Shown: one piece after another, positions 1 to 9,320 of the stretch
Numbering within the stretch: the stretch's first letter is position 1
Layout: each line of letters opens with the position of its first letter
DNA from: an uncultured Gemmatimonadaceae bacterium
GTDB lineage: Bacteria > Gemmatimonadota > Gemmatimonadetes > Gemmatimonadales > Gemmatimonadaceae
Length of the DNA: 33,153 nt
Reading direction: 5' to 3'
Assembly: GCA_964626245.1 (NCBI GenBank)
Contig: CAZVDJ010000001.1
Coordinates: 1 to 33,153 of the forward strand
Translations under genes and position numbers: made by a program
The notes under the pieces: model-generated
Database searches by the model: none
What the model was told of the DNA's origin: nothing
Seen by the model: the letters and a program-made list of their open reading frames with translations, nothing else

Positions 1-735
1 GGGGGCGCGCGCGAGTGCCGCGGCATCGAGGACACGCGAGCGCTGCGTCACCGCCAGTCGCTGCTGCGGCGTGTCGAGGAAGCCGCCGCCGGCCACCAGC
101 ACGGCGTCGCCGGCGGCGCGCGAGACGTCGTCGAGCGTGACGGAATGGGCGCGCAGCCGGTCCGGGTCCACCAGCACTTGCAGCTGCCGGGGGCGCTCCC
201 CCCAGATGGCCACGTTCGCGACCCCCGGCACCGCCATCAGGCGCGGCCGGATGGTCCACCGCGCGAGCATGGACAGGTCGGTCATGGAGAGCGAGTCGCT
301 CGTGAGCCCCACCTTGAGCACGCGGGCGAGCGACGAGTGCGGCGAGAGCATGACCGGCGGCCGCGCCACCGCCGGGAGCTGCGGCGCCACGCGCGCCATG
401 CGCTCGGCCACGAACTGCCGCGCCAGGAAAAGGTCGGTCCCCGGCTCGAAGAGGAGGACGACGCTCGACAGGCCGAGCACCGACTTGGAGCGCACGGTGG
501 TGACGTACGGCGTTCCGCTGAGCGCGTTCTCCAGCGGGACGGAGACGAGCGACTCGACCTCCTCGGTGGAGAGACCGGGCGCCTCGGTCTGGATCTCCAC
601 CTGTGGCGGCGCAAACTCGGGAAAGACGTCGAACGGGGCGCCGCGCACGGTCCACAGCCCCACCACCAGGAGCAGCACCGTGACCGCGACCACGGCCACG
701 CGCTGCCGGAGCGCGGTCGCAATGAGCCAGCGCAT
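1..735 (-). CDS. Heavy-metal-efflux type (CzcA/CusA-like) RND inner-membrane pump, N-terminal 245 codons only (continues past the left edge)
   Basis: Absent from the ORF track because it is open at the window edge. My own minus-strand translation from ATG 735-733 gives [74 protein letters not shown]..., with no stop down to position 1. TM1 is followed by the periplasmic porter-domain opening typical of HME-RND pumps. It starts 2 nt after the adaptor gene stop. Confidence 0.8.
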   Translation of the reverse strand, partial: MRWLIATALRQRVAVVAVTVLLLVVGLWTVRGAPFDVFPEFAPPQVEIQTEAPGLSTEEVESLVSVPLENALSGTPYVTTVRSKSVLGLSSVVLLFEPGTDLFLARQFVAERMARVAPQLPAVARPPVMLSPHSSLARVLKVGLTSDSLSMTDLSMLARWTIRPRLMAVPGVANVAIWGERPRQLQVLVDPDRLRAHSVTLDDVSRAAGDAVLVAGGGFLDTPQQRLAVTQRSRVLDAAALARAP

Positions 736-737
736 CG

Positions 738-1949
738 CTACTTCCCCGGCCCGAACTCGATGCCCAGGAGCTCGGCGGCGCCATCGGTCACCACGACCGT
801 CCCGGCCGCGATCCCGCTGCGCACCTGCGCCCACGCTCCCACCACGTCGCCTAACGCCACGCGCCGGCGCACGTAGGTGCGGTCCCCGGTGCGCTCGTAC
901 ACCCAGCTCCCGCCGTCGTGATCAAAGACCACCGCGGACCACGGGACCGCCAACGCGGCACTGCCACCGCCGCGCAGGGGAATGGCCACCTGCACGCGCT
1001 CGCCGGGCCGAAGGCGGCCCGAGGCATTGGCCACCTGGTAGAAGAGGTCGGCGCTGGCGCTCGACGCGTCGGCGGTGGGCGGGGCGGCGATGGGCACCCC
1101 CGTGAGCATCGGTTGCTCGTCGCCGGCGCCAAGCATGCGCACCAACACGCGCGAGTTGGACTGCAGCCTGGCCAGGTCGCCCACGTAGGCGGGAACGCGA
1201 ACCCACACCGACTGGAGCTGCACCACCTCCACGAGCGGTGCGCCAGCGGCGACCAGCTGTCCGTCGCCTACGTGGAGGGCTCGCACCACGCCGTCGAACG
1301 GCGCGCGAATCACCAGCGGGGCCACGCCGGCCGGCGTCCCGCGCGCTCCCACGGCCAGCTCCGCACGCCCCGCCGCCGCGTCGCGCGCGGCCTTCGCCAT
1401 GGCCAGCTCGGCCTGCGCCACTTCACGGTCGCGCTCAGCGACCAGCCGGTCGCGCCAGAGCACCTCGACCCGGTCGGATTCCAGTTGCGCCCGGCGGAGC
1501 CGCGCCTCGGCGATGTCCAACTCCTCCTTGCTCCTGGCCACGTCGCGGTCGGTGGCGATGGGGAGGAGCGACAGGAGCGGGTCACCGGCGCGAATGCGCG
1601 CCCCGCTGGGCGGGAGCGCCGCGCCGTCCGCGCGTGCCACGCGCCCGGCCACGGGGGCGGCGAGCTGCTGCGAGAGGCCGGGAGGGGCGACGACCTCGCC
1701 CGGCAGCGTCCGCACGGCCGCGAGCGAGCGCAGGGCAGCGGTGTCGACCGCAATGGCCAGGCGGCGCTCGCCGTCGGGCGAGAGGGTGACCGTGGTCAGC
1801 GACGCCTCGGTGACGGCGTGCTCCACCACGGCCGGCTTGGTGGTGGCAGCTGGCGGCGGCGCCTTGTCGCACCCCGCAGCGGCCAGGACGAGGGCAACGC
1901 CCGTCAGGGGGCGACGGGCGCACGCCATGAAGAGAGGGGAAGTGGGCAT
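738..1949 (-). CDS. RND efflux periplasmic adaptor (membrane fusion protein, CzcB-like) lipoprotein
   Basis: ORF track 403 aa. Lipoprotein-type signal (LVLAAAGC). Coiled-coil hairpin segment ([49 protein letters not shown]). Lipoyl-like segment ([26 protein letters not shown]). Sits between the OMP and pump genes with 6-nt and 2-nt gaps. Confidence 0.85.
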   Translation of the reverse strand: MPTSPLFMACARRPLTGVALVLAAAGCDKAPPPAATTKPAVVEHAVTEASLTTVTLSPDGERRLAIAVDTAALRSLAAVRTLPGEVVAPPGLSQQLAAPVAGRVARADGAALPPSGARIRAGDPLLSLLPIATDRDVARSKEELDIAEARLRRAQLESDRVEVLWRDRLVAERDREVAQAELAMAKAARDAAAGRAELAVGARGTPAGVAPLVIRAPFDGVVRALHVGDGQLVAAGAPLVEVVQLQSVWVRVPAYVGDLARLQSNSRVLVRMLGAGDEQPMLTGVPIAAPPTADASSASADLFYQVANASGRLRPGERVQVAIPLRGGGSAALAVPWSAVVFDHDGGSWVYERTGDRTYVRRRVALGDVVGAWAQVRSGIAAGTVVVTDGAAELLGIEFGPGK

Positions 1950-1955
1950 GGTGAC

Positions 1956-3155
1956 CTAACGACGATCGGGCAGCGGGCGCCCCGCCAGTGCGGCGAGGTC
2001 GGCGCGCGCCTCCTGGAAGGCGAGGAGCTCGTCGATGGCGGCGAGCTGGGCGTCGCGCTCGGCGCGCAGCGCCTCCAGCACCTGCAGCACGGAGGTGCGG
2101 CCGGCGTCGTACAGGCGCACCGCCCCCGCGCGCAGCGCGGTTGCGGCGGGGACGAGTGAATCGGTGGCGAGCCGGGCCCGATGCGCCGATTCCTCCACGC
2201 GCGCCCTCCCTTCGGCCACGGCCCGCGCAACCTCCAGCGAGACCTCGCGGGCCTGCGCGTCGGCGGCGCGTGCGCGCGCCGCGGCGGCGTCGAGCGCCTC
2301 GTTGCCTTGCGAGAAGAGGGGCAACGCGACGGCGAGCCCGAGGCGGGTGGACGACGGAATGCCGGGCGTCCGGCTCCAGTCACGCTGCACGAGGAGCGAC
2401 GGGATGGGGAGTCGCGCCCATCGGAGCGAGCGCTCGCTGAGTGACGCCGAGAGCGCGACAGCCCGCGCGCGTTGCACCTCGGGGACCTGCGCCACCGACT
2501 GGTGTGCCTCGTCGTGGCGTCCGGCCAGCCCCGCCAGGAGCGGCTCGGACAGGATGGCGAGCGAGTCGCCGTCCAGCGCGAGCTCGCGCGCCAGCGCGGC
2601 GCGGCGCCCCGCGCGCGCCTCAACCGCCCTCGACAGCTGCAAGCGCGCGCGGGCGGCCTCGAGGACGAACTGCGTGCGATCCAGCTCGGAGATGTCGCCG
2701 GCCGTCGCGCGGCGCCCGGCCAGGATGGCGAGGGTATCGGCGATGGCCGCCAGTTCGACGACCAGCTGCACGCGCCGTTCGGCCGCGACGACGCCGAAGT
2801 AGGCGCGCGTGACGTCGCGCTCGAGCAGCGCCAGCCGCTGCGCGGAATCGGCCTGCGCCGCCTCCACCAGCCGGGAGGCGGAGGCGCGCTCGAGCGGGAG
2901 CCGCACGAAGGCGCTGAACGGTTGCGTCACGACCAGCCGTCGCTCGGGGGCGACGTCGACGGTGGAATACTCCGCCACCGGGTTGCCGGGGCGCGACGCC
3001 AGCCGGCGTTGCGCGCGGCGTTCGTCGACCTGTGCCGCCAGCGCGGCCACGGCGCCACGCCGTGCCCTGGCGACGGCCAGTGCGTCGGCGAGCGAGAGCG
3101 AGTCACGCGGCGCCGTGCCGGCCTGCAGCGCGAGAAGGAGAGGGAAGATGAGCAT
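1956..3155 (-). CDS. TolC-family outer membrane efflux protein (CzcC-like)
   Basis: ORF track 399 aa. Ala/Leu/Arg-rich duplicated helical pattern typical of outer membrane factor proteins (SLADALAVARARR...; ...RAGAVRLYDAGRTSVLQVLEALRAERDAQLAAIDELLAFQEARADL). First gene of the OMP-adaptor-pump string. Confidence 0.8.
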   Translation of the reverse strand: MLIFPLLLALQAGTAPRDSLSLADALAVARARRGAVAALAAQVDERRAQRRLASRPGNPVAEYSTVDVAPERRLVVTQPFSAFVRLPLERASASRLVEAAQADSAQRLALLERDVTRAYFGVVAAERRVQLVVELAAIADTLAILAGRRATAGDISELDRTQFVLEAARARLQLSRAVEARAGRRAALARELALDGDSLAILSEPLLAGLAGRHDEAHQSVAQVPEVQRARAVALSASLSERSLRWARLPIPSLLVQRDWSRTPGIPSSTRLGLAVALPLFSQGNEALDAAAARARAADAQAREVSLEVARAVAEGRARVEESAHRARLATDSLVPAATALRAGAVRLYDAGRTSVLQVLEALRAERDAQLAAIDELLAFQEARADLAALAGRPLPDRR

Positions 3156-3233
3156 GCGTGGGGATCGCCTGCCGGATGTGCCGGCGGGTCCCGCACGCTA
3201 GCGGGCCGAACCTGAACGGACGCTAAAGGCGGC

Positions 3234-3251
3234 CATCAGGAGATCATCAGG
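3234..3251 (-). promoter_or_regulatory. 7+4+7 direct repeat (minus strand CCTGATG-ATCT-CCTGATG); candidate OmpR-family regulator box in front of the czc-like operon
   Basis: Read directly: plus strand catcagg agat catcagg at 3234-3240 and 3245-3251. It lies in the 104-nt gap between the kinase stop (3260) and the OMP start (3155), 79-96 nt upstream of the OMP ATG. The 11-bp periodicity is the pho-box style used by OmpR/PhoB-family regulators. Confidence 0.3.
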
Positions 3252-3259
3252 GGACCACC

Positions 3260-4798
3260 CTAGATGGGGAGGCGCAGGCGGAACGTGGCGCCCGGTGCCT
3301 CGGCATCGACGAGGTCGAGCGAGCCGCCGTGCGCCACGGCGATGTAGCGCGCGATGGCCAGCCCAAGCCCGGCCCCTGACGTTGCGGTGTCACGCACGCG
3401 CGTCCGCGCGGCATCGCCCCGCACGAAGCGCTCGAAGATGCGCTCCCGCTCCACTGGCGGAATGCCGGGCCCCTGGTCGCGCACCTGCAGCTCCCACGCG
3501 CCGGTGGCGCGAGCCAGCGACAGCCTGACCTCGCTGCCGGGTGGTGAGTACTTGATGGCGTTGTCCACGAGGTTGAGGAGGAGGCGGCGCAACATGGCGG
3601 GGTCGCCGCGCCACTCGCCGTCCTCCGTGGCGTCGAGCGACACGACGACCTGTCGTTGCTCGGCCAGGGTGCGCGTGGCACGCACCACGTCGCGCAGCAG
3701 GTCCTCCAGGTAGAGCGGTTCCGGGCGCACCGCCTGGCCGCCGGCGTCGGCACGCGCCAGGAGAAAGAGATCCTCGACCAGTCGCGTGAGCCGCTCGCTC
3801 TCGCGCAGCACGGCGCCCAGCGCGTCGCGGTAGTCGCCGTCGGTGCGCTCGTCGCGCCCCAGCGTCACGCGCGCCTCGTTGCGGATGATCGCGACCGGGG
3901 TGCGCAGCTCGTGCGAGGCATCGGCCACGAACTGCCGCTGCTGCGCCACCGACCGCTCGATGCGCTCGAGGAGGTCGTTGATCGTCCCGGCCAGCGCGCC
4001 CAGCTCGTCGTGCGGGGTGGCGACGGGGAGGCGCGCCGAGAGGTCGGCGGCCCCCATCTGTTGCGCCTGGCGACTGATGGCGGCGATGGGGGCGAGCGTC
4101 CGCCGAGTGAGCGCGTACCCGCCCACCACGGCCACGAGCAGCGCGGCCATCACCAGCAGGGCGAAGCGCATCGCCGCCCCGCGCAGCGCCGCCGCGTCGT
4201 CGCGCAGGTCGCGCGCGGCCACCACCACGGCAGGGTGTCGCTCGCGCAGCGCGCCTTCGTTCGGCTTGCCCAGCGACTCACCAGGGGGCGCCCCAAGCGC
4301 GTCGACCAGCACGCGCGCCCGCACGCCGGGCGAGCCGCGTACCGTCAGCTGCACGAAGCCGGAACCGGTTGCCGCGCGTTCCCGCAGCTGCGGGAGCGAG
4401 CGCAGGAGTGCCGCGCGCGCCGCGAGGGCGGATGGCAGCGGCTCGGCACCGGCGCTCGGGCCGCCGCCCGCCTGGGCTCCCCCGCTGCTGTCGGCGAGGA
4501 GGGCGATGCCGCCGGCGGAGGCGCTGTCGAGCACCCCGAGCGCGATCCCGCGAAAGCGCACCCCCTCGAGCGTCTCCCGGATGGCCGCGGCCCGCGTGCC
4601 CAGCATGCGGTACTCCAGCTGCAACTCGGCGCTGAAGGCGCGCGCCGCCTCGTCCAGCAACCGGTCGGTGCGTTCCTGGATCTCGTGGCGGACGATGGTG
4701 AAGGAGACGATGGCGAAGAGGAGGAGCCCCACCGCCATGGCGCTCGCGTACCACGCCGTCAGGCGCACGCGGATGGAGCGGGGCGAGGGGCCGGTCAC
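3260..4798 (-). CDS. Sensor histidine kinase (two TM segments, periplasmic loop, HAMP, HisKA, HATPase_c)
   Basis: ORF 3260..4900 trimmed to GTG at 4798 (VTGPSPRSIRVRLTAWYASAMAVGLLLFAIVSF...); the upstream part is Arg/Ala-rich junk abutting the regulator gene. H-box FVADASHELRTPVAII, N-box LLLNLVDNAIKYS, G1 RDQGPGIP, G2 GAGLGLAIARYIA. HAMP-like linker after TM2 (FALLVMAALLVAVVGGYAL). Confidence 0.85.
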   Translation of the reverse strand: MTGPSPRSIRVRLTAWYASAMAVGLLLFAIVSFTIVRHEIQERTDRLLDEAARAFSAELQLEYRMLGTRAAAIRETLEGVRFRGIALGVLDSASAGGIALLADSSGGAQAGGGPSAGAEPLPSALAARAALLRSLPQLRERAATGSGFVQLTVRGSPGVRARVLVDALGAPPGESLGKPNEGALRERHPAVVVAARDLRDDAAALRGAAMRFALLVMAALLVAVVGGYALTRRTLAPIAAISRQAQQMGAADLSARLPVATPHDELGALAGTINDLLERIERSVAQQRQFVADASHELRTPVAIIRNEARVTLGRDERTDGDYRDALGAVLRESERLTRLVEDLFLLARADAGGQAVRPEPLYLEDLLRDVVRATRTLAEQRQVVVSLDATEDGEWRGDPAMLRRLLLNLVDNAIKYSPPGSEVRLSLARATGAWELQVRDQGPGIPPVERERIFERFVRGDAARTRVRDTATSGAGLGLAIARYIAVAHGGSLDLVDAEAPGATFRLRLPI

Positions 4799-4808
4799 GG
4801 CGCGTTCC

Positions 4809-5504
4809 TCAGTCGTCGCTCGGCGGATCGTCGGACAGGTCGGCCAGGAGGTAGCCGCTGCGGCGCCGCGTGTGCAGCAGCGGGCGCGCCGCGCCGCCAT
4901 CGATCTTGCGTCGCAGGCGGCTGATGAAGACCTCGAGCGTGTTGCTCATGGGGTCGTGGTTCTCGTCCCACACGTGGTCGGTGATCTCCGAGCGCGTGAC
5001 GATGCGCCCGGCGTGGCGCGCCAGGAACTCGAGGACCGCGTACTCCTTGCTCGTGAGCTGGATGGTGCGCTGTGCGCGGCTGGCCACCTGTTTCCGCACG
5101 TCCACCACCAGGTCGCCGACGGCAAGGCGATCGGGCATCACCTGCCCGCGCCGCCGGGTGAGGGCGCGAAGGCGGGCCGAGAGCTCGCCGAAGTCGAACG
5201 GCTTGGTGAGGTAGTCGTCACCCCCGCTGTCCAGCCCGTCGATGCGGTCCTGCACGGCGTCGCGCGCGGTGAGGAAGAGGATGGGGACGTGTGAGCCGCG
5301 GCGCCGCAGGGCGCGCGCGAGGGCGAAACCACCCTGTCCCGGCAGCATCACGTCCAGGACGATGGCGTCGTACGGGTGCAGGCGCGCCATCTGCTCGCCG
5401 CGTTCGCCATCGCCGGCCACGTCCACCGCATGCGACTCCTCGCGCAGCCCGCGCGCGAGCGAGTCGGCAAGTGCGTCGTCGTCCTCGACGATCAGGTAGC
5501 GCAC
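4809..5504 (-). CDS. OmpR/PhoB-family response regulator (receiver plus winged-helix)
   Basis: ORF 4809..5990 trimmed to GTG at 5504 (VRYLIVEDDDALADSL...), 231 aa. Receiver motifs IVLDVMLPG and DDYLTKPF. Winged-helix segment LTSKEYAVLEFLARHAGRIVTRSEI...LEVFISRLRRKID. The 162 codons upstream in the ORF are Arg/Gly/Ala-rich read-through. Confidence 0.9.
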   Translation of the reverse strand: MRYLIVEDDDALADSLARGLREESHAVDVAGDGERGEQMARLHPYDAIVLDVMLPGQGGFALARALRRRGSHVPILFLTARDAVQDRIDGLDSGGDDYLTKPFDFGELSARLRALTRRRGQVMPDRLAVGDLVVDVRKQVASRAQRTIQLTSKEYAVLEFLARHAGRIVTRSEITDHVWDENHDPMSNTLEVFISRLRRKIDGGAARPLLHTRRRSGYLLADLSDDPPSDD

Positions 5505-5620
5505 GGGTAAGGTTGCGAGAGGTGGTGCCGGATGGCCGCGGCCGGCAGATGCGCGCGCGCGTCGCTCGCGCCAAGCTACAGGCGATGTCGTGGCGCGCGA
5601 AACCGCGCGAGCGCCTCGTC

Positions 5621-5641
5621 GCCTGCCGCCTGCCGCCTGCC
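5621..5641. repeat. Heptamer tandem repeat (gcctgcc x3) in a divergent intergenic region
   Basis: Read directly; three perfect copies at 5621-5627, 5628-5634 and 5635-5641. Confidence 0.9.
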
Positions 5642-5686
5642 ACTCGCCGCCAACCGCCGCGCCACCAGTCAGTCCGGCACCGATCA

Positions 5687-5726
5687 CCCGCACTCCCCAC
5701 CCGCACTCCCCACCCGCAGTCCCCCA
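5687..5726. repeat. 13-nt tandem repeat (cccgcactcccca x2 plus the variant cccgcagtccccca), 27 nt upstream of the DinB-like start
   Basis: Read directly. On the minus strand it reads as alternating G3/G4/G5 runs with 1- or 5-nt loops. Confidence 0.9.
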
Positions 5727-5752
5727 CCTGCACCTTCGCCCGCGCCCCCACC

Positions 5753-6238
5753 ATGCTCGCCCTCTCCACCGCCGAACTGCTCGCCTGGCTGGAGCACACC
5801 TCCGCCGGCTGGCGCGCCCTGCTCTCCGAGCACCCCGAAGCGCTCGACTTTCCCTGCGACGTGCGCGAGGGGGAGACGGTGCGCGACCTGGTCCACCACA
5901 TCGTGGCGGTGGAGTTGCGCTACGTCGAGCGGCTGCTGGGTCTTCCGGCGTCGGCGTACGAGGCGTTGCCCAGGACGGACGCCGCGGCACTGTACGCCAC
6001 GCATGACCGGGCCATGGCGCAGCTCCGAGAGCTGCTGGCTCGCGCCGACGAGCCGTGGGAAGAGGAACTGGAGTTCGTGACGCGCAGCGCGGGGACGCTG
6101 CGCGCGTCGCGCCGCGTGGTGCTGGTGCACCTGATGATGCACTCCATCCGACACTACGCGCAGCTTGCCACTCTCGTCAGGCAGCGTGGCGTGACCCCGG
6201 GATGGGGGATGGACTACCTCCTCATGGGCGCGAGGTGA
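5753..6238 (+). CDS. DinB-family (DinB/YfiT-like four-helix bundle) protein
   Basis: ORF 5291..6238 trimmed to ATG 5753 (MLALSTAELLAWLEHTSAGWRALL...), 161 aa. His-containing helices (VRDLVHHIVAVELRY; HLMMHSIRHYAQLATL) resemble the DinB family His triad. The upstream ORF part is Arg/Pro junk. Confidence 0.7.
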   Translation: MLALSTAELLAWLEHTSAGWRALLSEHPEALDFPCDVREGETVRDLVHHIVAVELRYVERLLGLPASAYEALPRTDAAALYATHDRAMAQLRELLARADEPWEEELEFVTRSAGTLRASRRVVLVHLMMHSIRHYAQLATLVRQRGVTPGWGMDYLLMGAR

Positions 6239-6243
6239 CCGTC

Positions 6244-8589
6244 ATGCGGATGCTGGCACGCGCCCTGTGCCTGATTCCCGTGGTGACGGGCGGCGCGGTC
6301 GTTGCCCAGGCGCCATCGCCCCAGACCTCGCGGTACGCCCGCGCCGAGGCGCTGCTGGGGCGCAACGCGCGCACCCACGTGTACGGCGCGGAGGTGACGC
6401 CCACGTGGATGGAGGGGGGCCGCTTCTGGTATCGCAACCGCATCCGCGGCGGCTTCGAGTTTATCGTGGTCGATCCCGTGCGCGGCGCGCGGGATCGCGC
6501 CTTTGATCACGCTCGGCTGGCGGCGGCGCTCTCGCTGGCGGCCGACACCCCCGTCGTGGCCACTGCCCTCCCGTTCGAGCGCATCCGCCTGGGCGATTCG
6601 GGGCGCACGCTGCGTGTGGTGATGGCGGGCGAGCGTGAGTTCACCTGCGACCTTTCCGCCTACCGCTGCGCCGGTCCCGCCGCACCTACCACGCGGCAGC
6701 CCGATGAGGCGTTGTCGCCCGACGGGCGGTGGGTGGCCTTCGTGCGCGACGAGAACCTGTGGGTGCGCGAGCGCGCCTCAGGGAGCGAGCGGCAGCTGAG
6801 CCGCGACGGCATCACGCACCACGGCTATGCGGTGATGCCGGAGGATCGCGACGAGGTGACGCACCGGCGTGGCAGGATCCGTCGCCCGCCAGTGCTGCGC
6901 TGGTCGCCCGACTCGCGCCGCATCGCCACCTGGCGCCTGGACGAACGCCAGGTGGAGGAGGTCTTCTACCTGGAGACCGCCACCGGGCGCGCGAAGCTGC
7001 ATCGGACTCGTTATGCGCTGCCGGGCGACTCGGTCGTCCCGATGGTCGAGCTCTTCGTCTTCGACGTGGAGGCCGGGACGGCGGTGCGCGTGGACCAGCC
7101 ACCACGGCCCATGGTGGCGCCCACCTGCTGCGGGCCCATGGCGGACAGTGTGTGGAAGGACGCGCAGTGGTCCGGCGACGGACGGCACCTCTTCTTCACG
7201 GCGATCACGCGGGGCTACCGCGAGGTCTCGCTCTTTCACGCCGACCCGGCCACCGGGCGCACGCGCCGGGTGCTGCAGGAGACGGGCCCCACCTACCTGG
7301 AGCTCAACGTCAACGCCGGCGTCCCCAACTGGCGCGTGTCACCCGACGGGGCCACGCTGCTCTGGTTCTCGCAGCGCGACGGGTGGGGGCACCTGTATCG
7401 CTACGACGTGGCCACGGGTGCGCTGCGCAACCAGGTGACGAGCGGCCCGTGGGTGGTGTACGACATCCTCTCCGCCGAGTTTGGTGCGGGGCCGGCGGGG
7501 CAGCTCCTGTTCACCGCGGTGGGGCGGGAGCAGGGGCGCGATCCGTACCTGCGACACCTGTACCGGGTGAACCTGGACGGGAGCGGGCTCACCCACCTCA
7601 CCCCGGAGGACGCGGACCACGCCATCGCCCTTTCACCTGACGGGCGCTGGATCGTGGACAGCTGGTCGCGCCGCGACACCGTCCCCACCACCGTGCTTCG
7701 GGACCGCACGGGGAGGGTGGTGCTTCCCCTCGAGCGCGGCGACGCCTCGGAGCTGCTGGCCATGGGGTGGCGGTGGCCGGTCCCGTTCACGGTCAAGGCG
7801 CGCGACGGGATCACCGACCTGCACGGCTTCCTCTCCTTCCCGTCGGACTTCGACCCCGGCAAGCGCTACCCGATCATCGACAACATCTACCCCGGGCCGC
7901 AGGTGGGGCCCATGGGCTTCCGGACCTTCACGGCCGAGCCCAGGGGCGAGGTGCAGGCGATGGCCGAGCTGGGCTTCATCGTCTTCACCATCGATGCGAT
8001 GGGGACGCCCGGGCGCTCCAAGGCCTTCCACGACAGCTACTACGGCCGCATCTCGGACAACGGGATCCCCGACCACATCGCGGCCATGCGGCAGCTCGCG
8101 GCGCGCTATCCGCAGGTCGACCTCGACCGCGTGGGGATCTACGGCCACTCCGGCGGCGGCTTCTCCTCCACGCGCGCCATCCTGCAGTACCCGGACTTCT
8201 TCAAGGTCGCCGTGTCGGGGGCCGGCAACCACGACAACCGCAGCTTCGGCTTCTACTGGGGCGAGCGCTACGTGGGGATGCTCGTGCGCGACAGCGCGGG
8301 GGGCGACAACTATCACCCGCACGCCAACCATGCGCTGGCCGCCAACCTCAAGGGAAAGCTGATGCTTTCCTACGGCACGCTGGACGACCGCGTGCACCCC
8401 AACGCGAACCTCCTCCTCATCGACGCGCTGATTGCCAACAACAAGGACTTCGACCTGGTCGTGATGCCCAACCGCAACCACGGCTACGCGTCGGAGGCGT
8501 ACATCATCCGGCGGGGGTGGGACTTCCTGGTGCGGCACCTGCGGCACGAGGAGCCGCCGGCCGGGTACTGGCTGGACCGTCCGCGTTAG
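6244..8589 (+). CDS. Secreted S9-family serine peptidase (dipeptidyl-peptidase IV / prolyl oligopeptidase-like)
   Basis: ORF 6055..8589 trimmed to ATG 6244, 781 aa. Signal peptide MRMLARALCLIPVVTGGAVVAQA. Long propeller-like N-terminal region. Catalytic triad candidates: Ser in GIYGHSGGGF, Asp in YGTLDDRVHP, His in PNRNHGY. Starts 5 nt after the DinB-like stop. Confidence 0.85.
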   Translation: MRMLARALCLIPVVTGGAVVAQAPSPQTSRYARAEALLGRNARTHVYGAEVTPTWMEGGRFWYRNRIRGGFEFIVVDPVRGARDRAFDHARLAAALSLAADTPVVATALPFERIRLGDSGRTLRVVMAGEREFTCDLSAYRCAGPAAPTTRQPDEALSPDGRWVAFVRDENLWVRERASGSERQLSRDGITHHGYAVMPEDRDEVTHRRGRIRRPPVLRWSPDSRRIATWRLDERQVEEVFYLETATGRAKLHRTRYALPGDSVVPMVELFVFDVEAGTAVRVDQPPRPMVAPTCCGPMADSVWKDAQWSGDGRHLFFTAITRGYREVSLFHADPATGRTRRVLQETGPTYLELNVNAGVPNWRVSPDGATLLWFSQRDGWGHLYRYDVATGALRNQVTSGPWVVYDILSAEFGAGPAGQLLFTAVGREQGRDPYLRHLYRVNLDGSGLTHLTPEDADHAIALSPDGRWIVDSWSRRDTVPTTVLRDRTGRVVLPLERGDASELLAMGWRWPVPFTVKARDGITDLHGFLSFPSDFDPGKRYPIIDNIYPGPQVGPMGFRTFTAEPRGEVQAMAELGFIVFTIDAMGTPGRSKAFHDSYYGRISDNGIPDHIAAMRQLAARYPQVDLDRVGIYGHSGGGFSSTRAILQYPDFFKVAVSGAGNHDNRSFGFYWGERYVGMLVRDSAGGDNYHPHANHALAANLKGKLMLSYGTLDDRVHPNANLLLIDALIANNKDFDLVVMPNRNHGYASEAYIIRRGWDFLVRHLRHEEPPAGYWLDRPR

Positions 8590-9281
8590 GCGCCGGACGG
8601 CGGGGCCATCCCCAACTGGTGCATGCCGCGCAGCGAGCGGCGCACGCGCACGCGCCACAGCCAGTACAGCATCGTGACGAGCACGGCGACGACGGGGAGG
8701 GCCAGCAGGCCGGGGATGCGCAGCGCGGGCGGAATGACCTTGGCCTGCCCGATGAAGAACGACATGGTTGCCACGAAGAGGGCGTACGACATGCGCCACA
8801 GGTGCCGCGCCACGCGCTCCGCCCCCCGCGCCGGGCCGCGGCGCCGCACGCGCACATCGCCCGCCACGGCCAGGAGGCTGATCACCCCGAACATGAAGTA
8901 GGGGAAGAGCACGATGGAGCGGCTGCCGCGCGCGAGCGTCGTGACCCCAAGCGTGAGCGAAGCCAGCCCCACGCCGAGCATGACCAGGGTGGCCACGCCG
9001 TCGATGCGGCGCGTGGTGGGGGTTGCCGGGCGAACGGTGGTGAGGGCGGTGACGACGAGTGATGCGGTGAGGAGCGCGGGCGGGACGTTGAGCGACGGGA
9101 CGACGTTCCACAGCGCCGCGATCGCGCCCCCCGCCACACACATCGTGACCATGGTGTAGACGAAGACCATCCCCGCCCGGCGGTGCAGCGGGGCCCCCTT
9201 GGTGGCGTAGAGGGCGACGAAGCCCGACAGCAGCCCGAGGGCCCCGGCCACGATGTGTACCACGTAGGACGTCAGGCGCAT
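8586..9281 (-). CDS. Polytopic membrane protein of unknown function (possibly DUF2306-like)
   Basis: ORF track 231 aa. About six hydrophobic segments. N-terminal YVVHIVAGALGLLSGF...HRRAGMVF resembles the H-x3-G ... HRxxG pattern I associate with DUF2306; the family call is from recollection only. Confidence 0.55.
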   Translation of the reverse strand: MRLTSYVVHIVAGALGLLSGFVALYATKGAPLHRRAGMVFVYTMVTMCVAGGAIAALWNVVPSLNVPPALLTASLVVTALTTVRPATPTTRRIDGVATLVMLGVGLASLTLGVTTLARGSRSIVLFPYFMFGVISLLAVAGDVRVRRRGPARGAERVARHLWRMSYALFVATMSFFIGQAKVIPPALRIPGLLALPVVAVLVTMLYWLWRVRVRRSLRGMHQLGMAPPSGA

Positions 9282-9320
9282 GCCGCCCTCGCTGCTGATT
9301 CGTCGGGACGCACGGGGCCC

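Noticed and set aside
4809-5990. Long N-terminal extensions of track ORFs: 4809..5990, 3260..4900, 5291..6238, 6055..8589, 9321..12293, 16479..17342, 20877..22025, 22935..23960, 23438..25108, 23935..26244, 26530..28035, 28136..29314.
   Set aside because: The extensions overlap upstream genes or intergenic repeats, translate to junk, and precede obvious native N-termini such as signal peptides, receiver-domain starts and family-typical leaders. The CDS were trimmed to internal ATG or GTG starts by codon arithmetic.
6254-6270. Additional TGGCAC strings as sigma-54 promoters: 6254, and others inside the permease, OMP, EBP and ppk coding regions.
   Set aside because: None has TTGC, or even GC, at the required 10-nt spacing from the GG, and all lie inside coding sequence.
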